DNA of 64,000 bases. Source: Yuukianura sp. NJ FZ-2021. Its lineage: Eukaryota. The notes below the pieces were generated by a model, which was given only the letters and a program-made list of their open reading frames with translations, was not told the origin of the DNA and made no database searches. The stretch spans positions 248,001 to 312,000 of the forward strand of contig CM102285.1 in NCBI GenBank assembly GCA_046563655.1, written 5' to 3'. Below are positions 63,606 to 64,000 of the stretch, piece after piece. The position numbers and the translations under genes were made by a program. Numbering within the stretch: the stretch's first letter is position 1; every line of letters begins with the position of its first letter.

Positions 63606-64000
63606 CAGTGTTCAACACGGAACGGAACGAAACGATACTCGTTTCCGTTCAGCGTTTTATAACAACAAAAGCCGAAACAAACACACTTTAAAAAAAATAA
63701 CAAATTCATTTCAGTAAAAATTCATTTCAAAACAATGACCAAAACGGTACATCCGAAACTTTTAGAAAGAAAAAAAAACCAAATCCGTAAATTTTATTTC
63801 AAAACAATGAGCGAAAGACAGTTCAGTTGAAATGTTTGAGAAACCAAACCGGTAAAACACATTTGAAACCAAAAGTCGAAACGGTACATTCGGCAGGCCT
63901 TGATTCCTACAAAAATCGTAAACGAGTTTTGACAACACCAAATTTTTTTCAAAATTCGAGCTGTTGCTAATCGAAAAACCGTATCGTTCCGGATACGGCG
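63606..64000. mobile_element. Possible hAT-like MITE running off the window end
   Basis: Starts CAGTGTTCAACACGGAACGGAACGAAACGATAC, has internal AAACGGTAC/AAACCGGTA repeats, and the inverted motif GTATCGTTCCG occurs at the window end. Confidence 0.4.

Overview
AT-rich, intron-dense eukaryotic (animal) DNA, most plausibly a compact-genome arthropod or other invertebrate. That assignment is inferred from a gustatory-receptor-family gene, short GT-AG introns and TTAGG-type motifs. Genes built by hand, in order: QDPR (5' part, -), a gustatory-receptor-like 7TM gene (-), a secreted Pro/Thr-rich protein (-), tRNA-Cys(GCA) (-), a small N-acylated protein gene with three alternative 3' ends that the ORF track mostly misses (+), RasGEF1-like (-), an SLC6 transporter (+), USP47-like (-), a multi-C2H2 zinc-finger gene (-), Daxx-like (-) and a MATH/TRAF-domain gene (-) with about 10 kb of upstream non-coding DNA. 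Many MITEs and HINE-like elements are present, some nested. The most notable items are: (1) a very young 3.35-kb Bel/Pao LTR element with a single intact Gag-protease ORF, no RT, RNase H or integrase core, and no tRNA primer-binding site; (2) the acylation-cassette microprotein locus; (3) two independent tandem arrays of the IR1 palindrome AGGTCATTGACC(T); (4) a conserved-core/variable-spacer array at 59.3-60.3 kb. All calls were made by eye and no database searches were run.
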